The translations under genes and the position numbers were made by a program. Shown here piece by piece: positions 35,505-45,952 of a DNA stretch of 64,000 nt. This stretch comes from Phycisphaerae bacterium (GTDB lineage Bacteria > Planctomycetota > Phycisphaerae > UBA1845 > Fen-1342). Where the stretch lies: contig CAXXWX010000015.1 of assembly GCA_963675745.2 (NCBI GenBank), positions 288,001 through 352,000 on the forward strand. Reading direction: 5' to 3'. The first letter of the stretch is position 1; each line of letters starts with the position of its first letter. The notes under the pieces were generated by a model. That model was not told where the DNA came from and made no database searches. It worked only from the letters and a program-made list of their open reading frames with translations.

Positions 35505-36860
35505 ATGCGTTTAGCACCGATAATTGTCATTGCGATTACTGGCGTCGCCTTTGCGCAAGTGCCCGATGACCTCGTGCAATTGCCCGTGCATCAACGGGCA
35601 CTCGAGACTCACCGCGACACACCAACGTCCCCCGACCTGATCGGGCCGCGCGACGCCGTGCTCATCCCCTTGCAAACAAGGGACTTACCGTCGCACCCTT
35701 GCGCAACCGTGTTTGGCTACCTCCCCTATTGGGAAAGTGCGGCGAACCTGCGCTACGAGCATCTCACGCACATCGCCTGCTTCTCGGTCGAGGTCAACAG
35801 CAACGGGACGCTGGGCGACGATCACGGCTGGCCGTGGACCAGCCTGATCAACGATGCCCACGCCAACGGCGTCAAGGTCGTGCTCGTCGCCACGCTGTTC
35901 AGCAACAGCGGCATCAACACGCTCATCAACAACTCCACCTACAAAAACAACTTCTTCGTCAACATGAAAAACAAGATGCTCGAGGGGACCGCCGACGGCA
36001 TCAACATCGACTTCGAGCCCGGCGGCAGCGGCAGCCTGGACTGGCAATCGCAGATTCACACCTTCATGGCCGAGTTAACCGCCTACATGCACGCCGAGGT
36101 GCCCGGCAGTGAGGTGACGATCGCCGGCCCGGCGGTCAACTGGAGCAGCCGCTGGGATCTGGCGGCGGTGGCTGACGGCTGCGACGGTATCTTCATCATG
36201 GGTTACGCATTCGCCGGTAGCTGGAGCTCATCAACCTGGGCCAACGCGCCGCTGGAAGGCGGGAGCTACGACATCACCAACACCGTGCTGACGCAGTATG
36301 GTGACGTAACCCAGAACCACCCCGAGAAGCTGATTCTCGGCGTGCCGTACTACGGTAACGAGTGGAAAACCACCAGTTCGGATCCGCACGCGACCGTCAG
36401 CAGCTACGTCTCCTCCACGCGTTTTCGCGACGACGAACCCGACTCGCAAACATATGGCCTGCTCTGGGACACGGTTACACAAACCCCGTGGTATCGCCGG
36501 TGGGATGGTTCATACTGGCGTCAGGTGTGGTTCGACAACGCGACCAGCCTGGGGCTGAAGTACGACCTGGCATTGGACAACAACCTCCAGGGCGTCGGCA
36601 TGTGGGCGCTGAATTACGACGGCACGCGCGACGAGCTCTGGGACCTGCTGGCGACCAAGATCGGCGGCTGTGTCTCCTACGGCGACTTCGACGGCGACGG
36701 TGACGCCGACAGCGACGACTGGCCATTCTTCGTCTTCTGCCTGGGCGGCCCCGAAGACACGTACTCCGACGGGCACATCTGTCTGCCCGGCGACGCCGAC
36801 GAAGACCTCGACGTCGACATCACCGACTTCTCGATGTTCCAGGAAGTGTGTTTACCGTAG
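35505..36860 (+). CDS. Secreted GH18 glycoside hydrolase with dockerin-like C-terminus
   Basis: DGINIDFE catalytic motif, IMGY, LGVPYYG, GVGMWAL and GDFDGDGD/GDADED repeats. Confidence 0.88.
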   Translation: MRLAPIIVIAITGVAFAQVPDDLVQLPVHQRALETHRDTPTSPDLIGPRDAVLIPLQTRDLPSHPCATVFGYLPYWESAANLRYEHLTHIACFSVEVNSNGTLGDDHGWPWTSLINDAHANGVKVVLVATLFSNSGINTLINNSTYKNNFFVNMKNKMLEGTADGINIDFEPGGSGSLDWQSQIHTFMAELTAYMHAEVPGSEVTIAGPAVNWSSRWDLAAVADGCDGIFIMGYAFAGSWSSSTWANAPLEGGSYDITNTVLTQYGDVTQNHPEKLILGVPYYGNEWKTTSSDPHATVSSYVSSTRFRDDEPDSQTYGLLWDTVTQTPWYRRWDGSYWRQVWFDNATSLGLKYDLALDNNLQGVGMWALNYDGTRDELWDLLATKIGGCVSYGDFDGDGDADSDDWPFFVFCLGGPEDTYSDGHICLPGDADEDLDVDITDFSMFQEVCLP

Positions 36861-36930
36861 GAATGCAGAAGCCACGAACGTAGCGCAGGTACTTCTGCAT
36901 TCATCATTCTGCATTCCGCATTCTGCATTC
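36861..36930. repeat. Heptamer repeats (TTCTGCA)n with an inverted GAATGCAGAAG partner
   Basis: Lies between the convergent GH18 and sucD genes. GAATGCAGAAG (36861) pairs with CTTCTGCATTC. Confidence 0.8.
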
Positions 36931-36935
36931 GTCCC

Positions 36936-37823
36936 CTACTCCAGCGCCTTCACCATCGCCTCACCGATGTCCGCCGGGCTGTCCACCACTGTTATGCCCG
37001 CTTCGCGCAAGGCGGCGATCTTTGACTGGGCCGTGCCTTCACCGCCCGAAATGATCGCGCCGGCGTGCCCCATGCGCTTCCCCGGCGGAGCGGTCTGACC
37101 GGCGATGAAGCTGACCACCGGCTTCGAGACCTTGGCCTTGATGTGCTCGGCGGCGTGCTCCTCGTCGGTCCCGCCGATCTCGCCGATCATGACGATACCG
37201 TTGGTGTTCGCATCGGCCTCGAACATATCGAGCAGTTCGATGAAGTTGAGACCCTTGACCGGATCGCCACCGATACCGACACAGGTCGTCTGGCCGATAT
37301 CACGCGTCGTACACTGCCAGACGGCTTCGTACGTCAGCGTTCCGCTGCGTGAGATGATGCCGACGGCTCTTCTCGCATCACGCGCGGGCTTGTGGATATA
37401 GCCGGGCATGATGCCGATCTTGCACTCGCCGGGGGTTATCACACCGGGGCAGTTCGGGCCGACCAGCTTCACGCCGCGATCATCCAGATACTTGCGCGCC
37501 TTGACCATATCGAGCGTCGGAACACCCTCGGTGATCAGCACGACCAGTTTAATGCCGGCCTCGGCGGCTTCCATGGCGGCGGCACCCGCGAACGCCGCCG
37601 GCACGAAGACCATCGATGTGTCGGCACCGGTCTGCCGGACCGCCTCCGAAACGGTGTCAAACACCGGCAGCCCGTGTTCGGACTTGGTTCCGCCCTTGCC
37701 CGGCGTGCAGCCGCCGACAATCTGCGTGCCGTACTCCAGGCACTGGGCTGTATGAAAGGCGCCGGCCTTGCCGGTGATGCCCTGACAGATCACGCGCGTG
37801 TTCCTATCGACCAAAATGCTCAT
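36936..37823 (-). CDS. sucD: Succinyl-CoA ligase alpha subunit
   Basis: [25 protein letters not shown] and MGHAGAII. Confidence 0.97.
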   Translation of the reverse strand: MSILVDRNTRVICQGITGKAGAFHTAQCLEYGTQIVGGCTPGKGGTKSEHGLPVFDTVSEAVRQTGADTSMVFVPAAFAGAAAMEAAEAGIKLVVLITEGVPTLDMVKARKYLDDRGVKLVGPNCPGVITPGECKIGIMPGYIHKPARDARRAVGIISRSGTLTYEAVWQCTTRDIGQTTCVGIGGDPVKGLNFIELLDMFEADANTNGIVMIGEIGGTDEEHAAEHIKAKVSKPVVSFIAGQTAPPGKRMGHAGAIISGGEGTAQSKIAALREAGITVVDSPADIGEAMVKALE

Positions 37824-38130
37824 CGTGCTCGGTTCCTGGTACGTCTGCCTACCGGGTTGGTACGGCGGCCGCCTGCCGCCGAAGCCGGTTTATATCGCGC
37901 CGGCCGGCCGATTGAAAGCGGCACAACGCCACAGCCCCCCTGATCCGCGCCTGACTTGCGCGCCGGCGGGCCGCCGGGTCTGGCGCACTCGGGCGAACTC
38001 AAACCGGTCATTTGCGTATGCTCCCAATGAGCCGGGTGTAACGCGATGCTTGCGACACCTTGCCCTGGGGGCTATACACGGCGCTCTGCTATGTCTGCGT
38101 AGAAGCGCTGGATCCTCGGAGAACCGCCGC

Positions 38131-39444
38131 ATGGCGAAATCAAAAGTTGCCATACTGAAAACCACGCCCGCCACCGTCTTGCGGGACTATCACGAACTGA
38201 TGAATCTGGCCGGCTACCAGCATGTGATTGCCAAAGATGCCGACACGGCCCTGAAGGTGAACATCTCGTGGCATTTCTTCTATCCGGGCAGTTCAACCAC
38301 ACCCTGGCAGATGGAAGGCGTCATTCGAGCGATGAAGAATGACGGCTATGACCCCGAGCTGATCCATGCCTGTCACAATCGCACCGTGGTCATCGACGCC
38401 CGTTTCGGCGAGCAGGAAAACAAGCAGCGCCACGTCGTCGATGCCCATGGGCTGCGCAACGTGCATCTGTATCCAGAGCCCGGCAAGCAGCCCGAGGAGT
38501 GGATCGACGTCCGCGACGCGGTCGGTGATCTGGCCAAGAAGTTCACCGTGCTCAACGACGTCTATCCCAACGGTTTCGACATCCCCCGCCGTTTCATCGG
38601 CGAGAACATCATCCACCTGCCCACCGTCAAAACACACATTTTCACCACCACCACCGGCGCGATGAAAAACGCGTTTGGCGGGCTGCTGAACGAACGCCGG
38701 CACTGGACCCATCCGGTGATCCACGAAACATTGTGCGATCTGCTGATGATCCAGAAGCACATTCACCGCGGCCTGCTGGCGGTCTCGGATGGCACGTTTG
38801 CCGGCGACGGCCCCGGGCCGCGCTGCATGATTCCGCACGTGAAGAACGTCATCCTGGCCAGTGCCGACCAGGTTGCCATTGATGCCGTCGCCGCCAGGCT
38901 GATGGGCATGGACCCGCTGAGCATCAAGTACATCAGGATGGCGCACGAACTGGGCCTGGGTGTCGGTGACCCGCGCGAAATCGAGATCGTGGGTGATCGT
39001 GAAGCTGCCAGCGAAAACTGGCACTTCGTCGGTCCGTTCAAGAAGATGACATTCGCGAGCAAGATGCAGCACCTGATTTACTGGGGACCGCTCAAACGGC
39101 CCATGGAGTGGTCGCTGAAGACGGTGTTGGCGCCTTGGTCATACATTGCCAGCGTGATCTATCACGACTCGTTCTGGTACCCCACACGCGCCAAGAAGAC
39201 AATGGCCGCGGTGCTCAACAGCGAGTGGGGTCGTCTTTTCCGTAATTGGGAGCATGCGCGGCCCGACGCCGACGGGAACGGCTATCCCGAGGTGGGCGAA
39301 CATCCGGCCGAACTGACCCGCACGGGCTGGGCGGCTTTGGCCAAATCGTTCTCGATCCTCGGCACGTGCATTAAGGAAGCACCTGAGTTTACCGTTCGGC
39401 GTCGGCGTAAACGCGCGAAACTGGAAGAAGTAAGTCAGAAGTGA
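38131..39444 (+). CDS. DUF362-domain (Fe-S-associated) protein
   Basis: LKVN, IHLPTVKTH...TGAMKNAFG, GDGPGP and DQVAIDAVAARLMG.DP. Confidence 0.8.
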   Translation: MAKSKVAILKTTPATVLRDYHELMNLAGYQHVIAKDADTALKVNISWHFFYPGSSTTPWQMEGVIRAMKNDGYDPELIHACHNRTVVIDARFGEQENKQRHVVDAHGLRNVHLYPEPGKQPEEWIDVRDAVGDLAKKFTVLNDVYPNGFDIPRRFIGENIIHLPTVKTHIFTTTTGAMKNAFGGLLNERRHWTHPVIHETLCDLLMIQKHIHRGLLAVSDGTFAGDGPGPRCMIPHVKNVILASADQVAIDAVAARLMGMDPLSIKYIRMAHELGLGVGDPREIEIVGDREAASENWHFVGPFKKMTFASKMQHLIYWGPLKRPMEWSLKTVLAPWSYIASVIYHDSFWYPTRAKKTMAAVLNSEWGRLFRNWEHARPDADGNGYPEVGEHPAELTRTGWAALAKSFSILGTCIKEAPEFTVRRRRKRAKLEEVSQK

Positions 39445-39520
39445 GAGGTCAGAGGTTAGAGGTTAGACGTCAGACGCTAGAGGTTAGAGGTCAGAAACGC
39501 GCGGCGTCTGGCGCGCGTTG
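39432..39520. repeat. Heptamer tandem repeat (AGAGGTT/AGAGGTC)n followed by an AAACGCGC...GCGCGTT hairpin
   Basis: About nine units. It is the reverse complement of the 12.65-kb repeat and shares the GTCAGAAACGCGC junction. Confidence 0.85.
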
Positions 39521-39536
39521 TGGGGTTGTCTTTGCG

Positions 39537-40490
39537 TCAATCGTCGCGCTGCGGGCATGCGCTCCGGGTGCTGAGAGACGATAGTTGCGCGTCGAACTCG
39601 CCAAGAACACCGTTGAGGTTCCGTTCGCGCTGCCCGACAAGCGCCGCACGCTCGGTCGTCTGCTGTTCGCGAAACCGCAGGGCTATGAACTGTCGGCGCA
39701 ATTCCTCTTCACGGGCCGCCAGAGCCGTGAACTGCGCGACTAGCTCCGCGCTGCGCGTGTGAAAGTCAAATCGTTGCCGCCGTTCGGACCGCAGACGGGT
39801 GAGAATCCTGCGGCGGCGCGCAGCCAGCCTGGCGGCACCTTGTCTAAGTTCGCGCCCCACCTCATCCAGCTTTGCGCGGCACAGGGCCAGATCCTCGGCG
39901 CGAGCGGCGACGGCTCGCGCACGCTTGGAAAGCTGCCGCCCGTGATCGTCGAGCTCGGCGGAGCGCGCGTCCAACTCCTCGGCTCGCGCCGTAAGCTCGG
40001 CTTGCAAGGCGCCCACCGTCAACTCGCGCTTGGCAAGGTCCTCCTGCAGTGCGGCAAGCTCACTTTGTCGCGCCGCGATCGGGCAGGCGGTTTCCACTGG
40101 CGCGCGTTCGCTCCGAGCAGGTTGCGCGCTGCGTGAGTCGAGTTGACTTTCGCGTAGGGCCAGGCGCCGTTCACGCTCTTCACACGCCTGGTCGCGCGCC
40201 GCAATCGCCACCTCCAGCGCGGAGACCCGGGCTGAGCGTGCGTCGAGCTCGGAAGTACGCTGATCCAGTTGTGCTTCGCGTCGCGCCAGGTCGGCGTCGC
40301 GCGGCTCGAGTTCGTCGCGCAATTGCCGCAGACGATCTGATCTCCGTTCGAGATCCTGGCACAGCGCCCGCCACTTCTCGGCTTTGGTGGAGAGTGCCTG
40401 CGCAGCCGTGCCGCGCTGCCGCGTTATGAAGTCGCCGGCGCCGGCCGGCCTCAGGTCGGCCGCATCCGCTGTTATCGGTCGGGAACCCAT
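39537..40490 (-). CDS. Long coiled-coil protein of unknown function
   Basis: AAGGAG RBS. Heptads such as LARREAQ-LDQRTSE-LDARSAR throughout. Confidence 0.65.
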   Translation of the reverse strand: MGSRPITADAADLRPAGAGDFITRQRGTAAQALSTKAEKWRALCQDLERRSDRLRQLRDELEPRDADLARREAQLDQRTSELDARSARVSALEVAIAARDQACEERERRLALRESQLDSRSAQPARSERAPVETACPIAARQSELAALQEDLAKRELTVGALQAELTARAEELDARSAELDDHGRQLSKRARAVAARAEDLALCRAKLDEVGRELRQGAARLAARRRRILTRLRSERRQRFDFHTRSAELVAQFTALAAREEELRRQFIALRFREQQTTERAALVGQRERNLNGVLGEFDAQLSSLSTRSACPQRDD

Positions 40491-40841
40491 CAGGCACTCC
40501 TTGGGCGGCACGCGTCAACCGCATGCACGCGCGGCGCTCGCACAGACTCCACCCTCCTGCGAGGAGTCATCGTCCCGCCCGGCCGCTGTGTTCACTTGCG
40601 CTTCCTCACCGCCCGGCGTTCCGTGCGCACGGACCGGCCCGACCGTGGCCCTGGCAGTCTCGCCGGCTCAGCACATCTCCACGCACGCCGATAATGCACG
40701 CTTCTCCCGCGGACACACCGTGCGACCTTCAGCCACGCCGCCCGCGCGTCTCCGCTCATTTGACCGCGACGCGCCTTTCTCGTTGAATATGCAGTTTCCC
40801 TGGATCGACGTGTGCCAGGAGCCGCGCGAGAGGAATAATCA

Positions 40842-42365
40842 ATGGCAAAAGCACCCAAGACGGCGATCTCACCCACGCGGGCGGAAGACTACCCCGAGTG
40901 GTATCAGCAAGTGGTCAAAGCGGCGGATCTGGCCGAGACTTCGCCGGTGCGCGGCTGCATGGTCATCAAGCCCTGGGGCTATGCGCTGTGGGAGAACATC
41001 CAGCACGCCCTGGACGCCATGTTCAAGGCGACCGGCCACAAGAACGCATACTTCCCGCTCTTCATCCCGCTCAGTTTTCTCGAGAAAGAGGCCGAGCACG
41101 TCGAGGGCTTCGCCAAGGAATGCGCCGTCGTCACCCACCATCGCCTCGAAGCCGGTCCCGACGGCAAGCTCGTGCCCGCCGGCGAGCTTGAAGAGCCGCT
41201 GGTTGTACGCCCGACGTCCGAGACGATTATCGGCGCATCCTTTGCCAAGTGGATTCAGTCATATCGCGACCTGCCGCTGCTGATCAACCAGTGGGCCAAT
41301 ATCGTGCGCTGGGAGATGCGCACGCGCTTGTTCCTGCGCACCGCCGAGTTCCTCTGGCAGGAAGGTCACACCGCTCACGCCACCGAAGCGGACGCCGTCG
41401 AGGAGACCCGCCGCATGCTCGACGTCTACGCCGAGTTCGCTGAAAACTGGATGGCCATGCCGGTGATCAAGGGCGAAAAAACCGCCGGCGAGCGCTTTCC
41501 CGGCGCGGTCAACACGTATTGCATCGAAGCGATGATGCAGGATCGCAAGGCCCTCCAATCGGGCACGTCACACTTCCTCGGTCAGAACTTCGCCAAGGCG
41601 GCCGACATCAAGTACCTCAGCGCGGAGGGACGCGAGGAGTATTGCTGGACCACTTCGTGGGGCGTCTCCACGCGTCTGATCGGCGGCCTGCTGATGACCC
41701 ATTCCGATGACGACGGCCTGGTCCTGCCGCCCATGCTCGCACCGGCCCACATCGTCATCCTGCCGATCATCCACAAGGACGAAGTCCGGGCCGAGGTCAT
41801 GCACTACTGCGAGAAGCTCGCCGTCGAGCTCGAAGAGGAGCTGTACCACGACCGGCAGGTGACCGTCGAGATCGACGCGCGCGAAGGACGCGGCGGCGAG
41901 AAGACCTGGTCCTGGATCAGAAAGGGCGTGCCGATCCGCCTGGAGATCGGACCGCGCGATGTGGCGGCTAACTCGGTGTTCGTCGGCCGCCGCGACCATG
42001 ACCACAAGGACCGCCGGAGCGTGCCGCGCGACGAGTTCATCGCCAACGTCGGCGAGATACTCGACGACATTCAGGTAACGCTGCTCGAACGCGCCAAGAG
42101 CTATCGCGCCGACCACACGCGCCGCATCGACTCCAAGCAGGAGTTCTACGAATTCTTCACGCCCCAAAACGCCGAAAACCCCGAGATTCACGGCGGCTTC
42201 GCCGAGTGCCACTGGAGCGGCGAGACCGAAGTGGAGGAGCAGGTCAAAAACGACCTGAACGTGACGATTCGCTGCATTCCGTCAGACGCCGAGGACGAAG
42301 ACGGCAAGTGCATCATCAGCGGCAAGCCCAGCAAACGGCGCGTGATCTTCGGCAAGGCGTATTGA
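40842..42365 (+). CDS. proS: Proline--tRNA ligase (eukaryote/archaea-like type)
   Basis: VRGCMVIKP, RPTSET, QWANIVRWE..TRLFLRTAEFLWQEGHT and C-terminal GKAY. Confidence 0.97.
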   Translation: MAKAPKTAISPTRAEDYPEWYQQVVKAADLAETSPVRGCMVIKPWGYALWENIQHALDAMFKATGHKNAYFPLFIPLSFLEKEAEHVEGFAKECAVVTHHRLEAGPDGKLVPAGELEEPLVVRPTSETIIGASFAKWIQSYRDLPLLINQWANIVRWEMRTRLFLRTAEFLWQEGHTAHATEADAVEETRRMLDVYAEFAENWMAMPVIKGEKTAGERFPGAVNTYCIEAMMQDRKALQSGTSHFLGQNFAKAADIKYLSAEGREEYCWTTSWGVSTRLIGGLLMTHSDDDGLVLPPMLAPAHIVILPIIHKDEVRAEVMHYCEKLAVELEEELYHDRQVTVEIDAREGRGGEKTWSWIRKGVPIRLEIGPRDVAANSVFVGRRDHDHKDRRSVPRDEFIANVGEILDDIQVTLLERAKSYRADHTRRIDSKQEFYEFFTPQNAENPEIHGGFAECHWSGETEVEEQVKNDLNVTIRCIPSDAEDEDGKCIISGKPSKRRVIFGKAY

Positions 42366-42399
42366 CGGCGGAATTCACGAAACCCCATGGAAGGCCGAA

Positions 42400-42466
42400 G
42401 TGTGCCACGGCTCTGTGAGCCGTGCTCTTCTGAAGTAGGGGCACGGCACACAGAGCCGTGGCACAC
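42400..42466. repeat. REP doublet family 2 (inverted pair)
   Basis: GTGTGCCACGGCTCTGTGAGCCGTGC...GCACGGCACACAGAGCCGTGGCACAC, between convergent proS and GT2. Confidence 0.9.
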
Positions 42467-42472
42467 GATGCC

Positions 42473-44095
42473 TTACGCCGTGTTCAACGACCGTCGGCGG
42501 GCCAGCGCCTCGCGGCGCATGGCGTCTTTGGCGTTGTCGTTGCGGTCGATCGTCGCCTGGTCGATCGCGTGGTCGGTGCCGCCGGCGTGGCGAATCACCT
42601 CGTAGATCGGGTCCCACACGCGTCCAATCGTGTAGCGCTCACTGATGCGCAAGACGAGATCGTAGTCTTCCCCGTAATTGCGGCAGCTCGGCGTGTCGTT
42701 CACGCCGAACCACCCCGCGTCGCGGATCGCCTTGATGTGCGCCGACCGCGGCGCCCCGGCACCGTTAATACGCAGCAGGTTGTTGCGGCCGTTGTCCGGC
42801 GTCCACTCGGCGTGCGTGACAACGGGGATCTCCTCGTTGCGCCGCAGCTCGCCGGTGTGCTCATCCAGCGTCCACACCTCGTACGAGCCGACCACCATGC
42901 CGATCGTCGGGTCGGAGTCAAACACCGCCAGCAGCTTCTCGACCGCGTCCGGCTTGAGGCGATCATCTGAATCAAGCTGGACGTAGTACTTGCCGCGCGC
43001 GGCGGCGATGCCGCTGTTCAGACACAGCCCCAGGTTATTCACATCCAGGACAATCAGCCGCACCGCCGGAGTATCTGCCTTGTAGCGGTCGCCGCCTTTC
43101 ATATATCGCCGTACGGCGTCGGCGGTCGGGTCATCCGGGCCGCCGTTGACGACCACGATCGCCTCGGTTCGCGCGACTGTCTGCGCCTGGACGCTCTCGA
43201 TGGCGCGCCCGATGAATTCCGGCCGGTTGTTCACCGGAATGACCACGCTGGCCAGACACTCCGCGAAGCTTGCCTCTTCCTCGCGAGAATACGCGATCGT
43301 CTGGACATGCGCGCCGGGCTCCAGATACGCCCCGGTCCGCTTGAGATGCTCGGTGCAGGCCCGCTCCAATTCGAGTTGCGTCTGCTTGTCAGCCAGCAGA
43401 TAGGCGAACACGTTGTGCGCCTCGGCCGGCTGGGCCACCGTGTAAAGCGAGCCGGCGTAGCGGTTGGCGATGTGCAGCGCGCGATAGCCCTCGGTCAGAC
43501 GCAGCCGCAAGTCATACCAGTCAGCGGCCGCGTAACGCGCGTCAAACCCGTCGAGATCGCGCAGCACCGTCGCCGGCATCAGAATCGCGTTACCGAAATC
43601 GACCGTCTCACGCAGCCGACCGCGGTGGTGATCCAGCAGATGCACGTCAACGCGCGATCCGTCGGCGGTGATCCGTTCGTAGTCGCCATACACCATCCCG
43701 ATCGGCCGATCCGCTTCCGCCGGCGTCGGTTCGCCGCGAACGGCGGCCATCAGCAGTGTCCGCAGGGCTGACCGCTTCAGCACCACCTGGGCCTGGTCGT
43801 TGAAAAGCAGCAGGATGTACGCCCCGCTGGCAACGTTCAGAGCCGCGTTGTACATTGATGCCCGGTTGGCATACGTGCCGGCGACATGACGAACGCCGTT
43901 CGCAGCGCCGTCGGGCGGCAGGAAGTCCGGCTTCGCGCCGGGGCCGCGCCCGTCGACTACGATAACCTCCGCCGGCGGATAGTCTTGCTCCAAAGCCGCT
44001 TGCAGCCCGGCGTGGAAGGCCTTCTGGTCATAGGGTAAATCGTCATTGAAGAGCATGACGATTGACGCGGTCGCATTTGGGAAGTTCGTGGACAT
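42473..44095 (-). CDS. GT2 glycosyltransferase with two GT-A-like halves
   Basis: C-half: SVVIPV.NR, QLDSDD, NGRNNLLRINGAGAPR, YGEDY. N-half degenerate. Confidence 0.85.
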   Translation of the reverse strand: MSTNFPNATASIVMLFNDDLPYDQKAFHAGLQAALEQDYPPAEVIVVDGRGPGAKPDFLPPDGAANGVRHVAGTYANRASMYNAALNVASGAYILLLFNDQAQVVLKRSALRTLLMAAVRGEPTPAEADRPIGMVYGDYERITADGSRVDVHLLDHHRGRLRETVDFGNAILMPATVLRDLDGFDARYAAADWYDLRLRLTEGYRALHIANRYAGSLYTVAQPAEAHNVFAYLLADKQTQLELERACTEHLKRTGAYLEPGAHVQTIAYSREEEASFAECLASVVIPVNNRPEFIGRAIESVQAQTVARTEAIVVVNGGPDDPTADAVRRYMKGGDRYKADTPAVRLIVLDVNNLGLCLNSGIAAARGKYYVQLDSDDRLKPDAVEKLLAVFDSDPTIGMVVGSYEVWTLDEHTGELRRNEEIPVVTHAEWTPDNGRNNLLRINGAGAPRSAHIKAIRDAGWFGVNDTPSCRNYGEDYDLVLRISERYTIGRVWDPIYEVIRHAGGTDHAIDQATIDRNDNAKDAMRREALARRRSLNTA

Positions 44096-44235
44096 CGCGA
44101 CATTCTAGCGGCTGAACGCGAAAAAAGGGACCAGCGCCGGCTGTCGGCTGCACACGTAGGGTAGGTCGAGCCCCACGAGACCTGCCGTTGTACCCAACAG
44201 TGAAACGCGACCAAACCTGTCATGGAAGGTTACTG

Positions 44236-45177
44236 ATGCCATCAAAACCTACGCCGCCACCGATCAACCGGGCCGACGAAAGCGACTTGCCCGCACTCTA
44301 CGCGCTGGCGAAAGATGCCCTGCCGCTCGAAACCTTCAGCCGTGACCTGCTGGCCGAGAAACTCTTCAGCCGCCCGCGCCCGGGCGAGTTTGCCTGGGAC
44401 GTGCTGATCGCCGGCGATCGCCAACATCCGGCCGGCATGATGCAGACGGTGGTGCGGCCGGCGGCCGGCAAGGCCTGGCTGGGGCTGTTCGCCGTCGCTC
44501 CGCAACAGCGCCGGCAGGGGATTGCCCGGGCGATGTTCGCGCGCGCGTGCGAAACGTGGCCAGCCGGCGTTAGCGAAGTCGAAGCGCTGGCCATTCCCGG
44601 CAACTATTTCAACCCCGGCCTCGACCCGCGTTACACGGAGGCCCTCTGCCTGCTGGAGCGCCTCGGCTTTGAGCGCTTCAAGGACTGCGTCAATCTGACC
44701 GCCGACCTTTCGCGACGATTCGACACCGCCGCCGAAGAGCGCCGTCTCGTCGCCGCCGGCATCGAGGTGCGCCGCGCCGGCCCGGCGGATCAGCCGCTGC
44801 TGGACGCGTTTTTCGCGGGACACTTCGGCGAAGACTGGCGTTTCGAGGTCAGCCTGAGCATGGTCAACGATCCGCCGGGGCTGCATCTGGCCCTGATGGA
44901 CGGGCGGCTCATCGCCTTCAGCGCCCATTCGACACAGAATCGCGAATGGGGCTTCTTCGGCCCGATGGGCACCGCCCCCGAGGCCCGCGGCAAAGGGCTC
45001 GGGCGCGTGCTGCTATGGCATTGCCTGAACGACATGCACGACGCCGGCCACCGCACGGCGGTCATCCCCTGGGTCGGCCCGATCGCGTTCTATCACCAGT
45101 GGGCCGGCTGTCGCGTAGAGCGCGTATTCTGGCGCTATCGGCTGAATCTGCCGGGAGCGGAGCCGTCGGGGGCGTGA
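44236..45177 (+). CDS. Tandem-GNAT N-acetyltransferase
   Basis: Two motif-A copies: VAPQQRRQGIA and GPMGTAPEARGKGLG. Confidence 0.85.
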   Translation: MPSKPTPPPINRADESDLPALYALAKDALPLETFSRDLLAEKLFSRPRPGEFAWDVLIAGDRQHPAGMMQTVVRPAAGKAWLGLFAVAPQQRRQGIARAMFARACETWPAGVSEVEALAIPGNYFNPGLDPRYTEALCLLERLGFERFKDCVNLTADLSRRFDTAAEERRLVAAGIEVRRAGPADQPLLDAFFAGHFGEDWRFEVSLSMVNDPPGLHLALMDGRLIAFSAHSTQNREWGFFGPMGTAPEARGKGLGRVLLWHCLNDMHDAGHRTAVIPWVGPIAFYHQWAGCRVERVFWRYRLNLPGAEPSGA

Positions 45178-45179
45178 GC

Positions 45180-45950
45180 ATGCGAAACGCTATTCACTGC
45201 TCGACGTGTGGTTACATCCTCGCGTCGCGAGCCGCAGCTAAATGCCCGGAATGCGGCGCTGAGTACACTGATGATCAGATTGGCAGACTAAGAAAGGCAA
45301 TGCAACGACCCTGGTTCCCGGACTTGCGAGCCTACTCAGAGTCGAACCTGCGCGCGGTGCTTCGCACGTGGATTGTCGTGCTATTCACTCCACACAGAAT
45401 CGTCGATACCGCCTGGTCACGGTGCAATATCGCACAGCCAGAGGCGTTCGCCGGGTGGTGTCGCGTTACCTGCGGAGCGGCGTTCATAGCTGGGAGCGTG
45501 GTTGCTGACATTGATGTCGCGTTGAAAGCCCTGTTCGTATTCGTGGCGTGCGTGGGAGCTGCCGCGTCTCTTCTGTGCGAGGTGTTGGTGACGGCATCGA
45601 TTGTGGCGTTGTCCGATGCCGTCAGAAGGCGGGATTATACTGCCATCCGCGACGTGACGCGGTACGGGGCAGCTTGGCTTAGTGTGAACGCCGTGTTTGG
45701 CATCCTGCTCGTGCAGGGACGATTCATAAGTACTCCGCCTTCCCGATGGCCGGTGCCGGCACTGGCACTGGTCGGCGCTGGTGGAGCGCTGATTTCACTG
45801 TGGGCTGTGTGGTTGTGGATTCTCACGGGTCGTCAGTTGCTCACGATTGTGCCCGTGGCGATGCTGCTCGGCGCGATCGTGACTATCGCGGGAACGGTGT
45901 TCACGATCGTCAGCGCGTGGACAGCGTACCGGGCCATGGGTGGGGTGTAG
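45180..45950 (+). CDS. Membrane protein with N-terminal zinc ribbon
   Basis: CSTCGYIL.....KCPECG followed by several TM segments. Less GC-rich codon use. Confidence 0.7.
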   Translation: MRNAIHCSTCGYILASRAAAKCPECGAEYTDDQIGRLRKAMQRPWFPDLRAYSESNLRAVLRTWIVVLFTPHRIVDTAWSRCNIAQPEAFAGWCRVTCGAAFIAGSVVADIDVALKALFVFVACVGAAASLLCEVLVTASIVALSDAVRRRDYTAIRDVTRYGAAWLSVNAVFGILLVQGRFISTPPSRWPVPALALVGAGGALISLWAVWLWILTGRQLLTIVPVAMLLGAIVTIAGTVFTIVSAWTAYRAMGGV

Positions 45951-45952
45951 CT

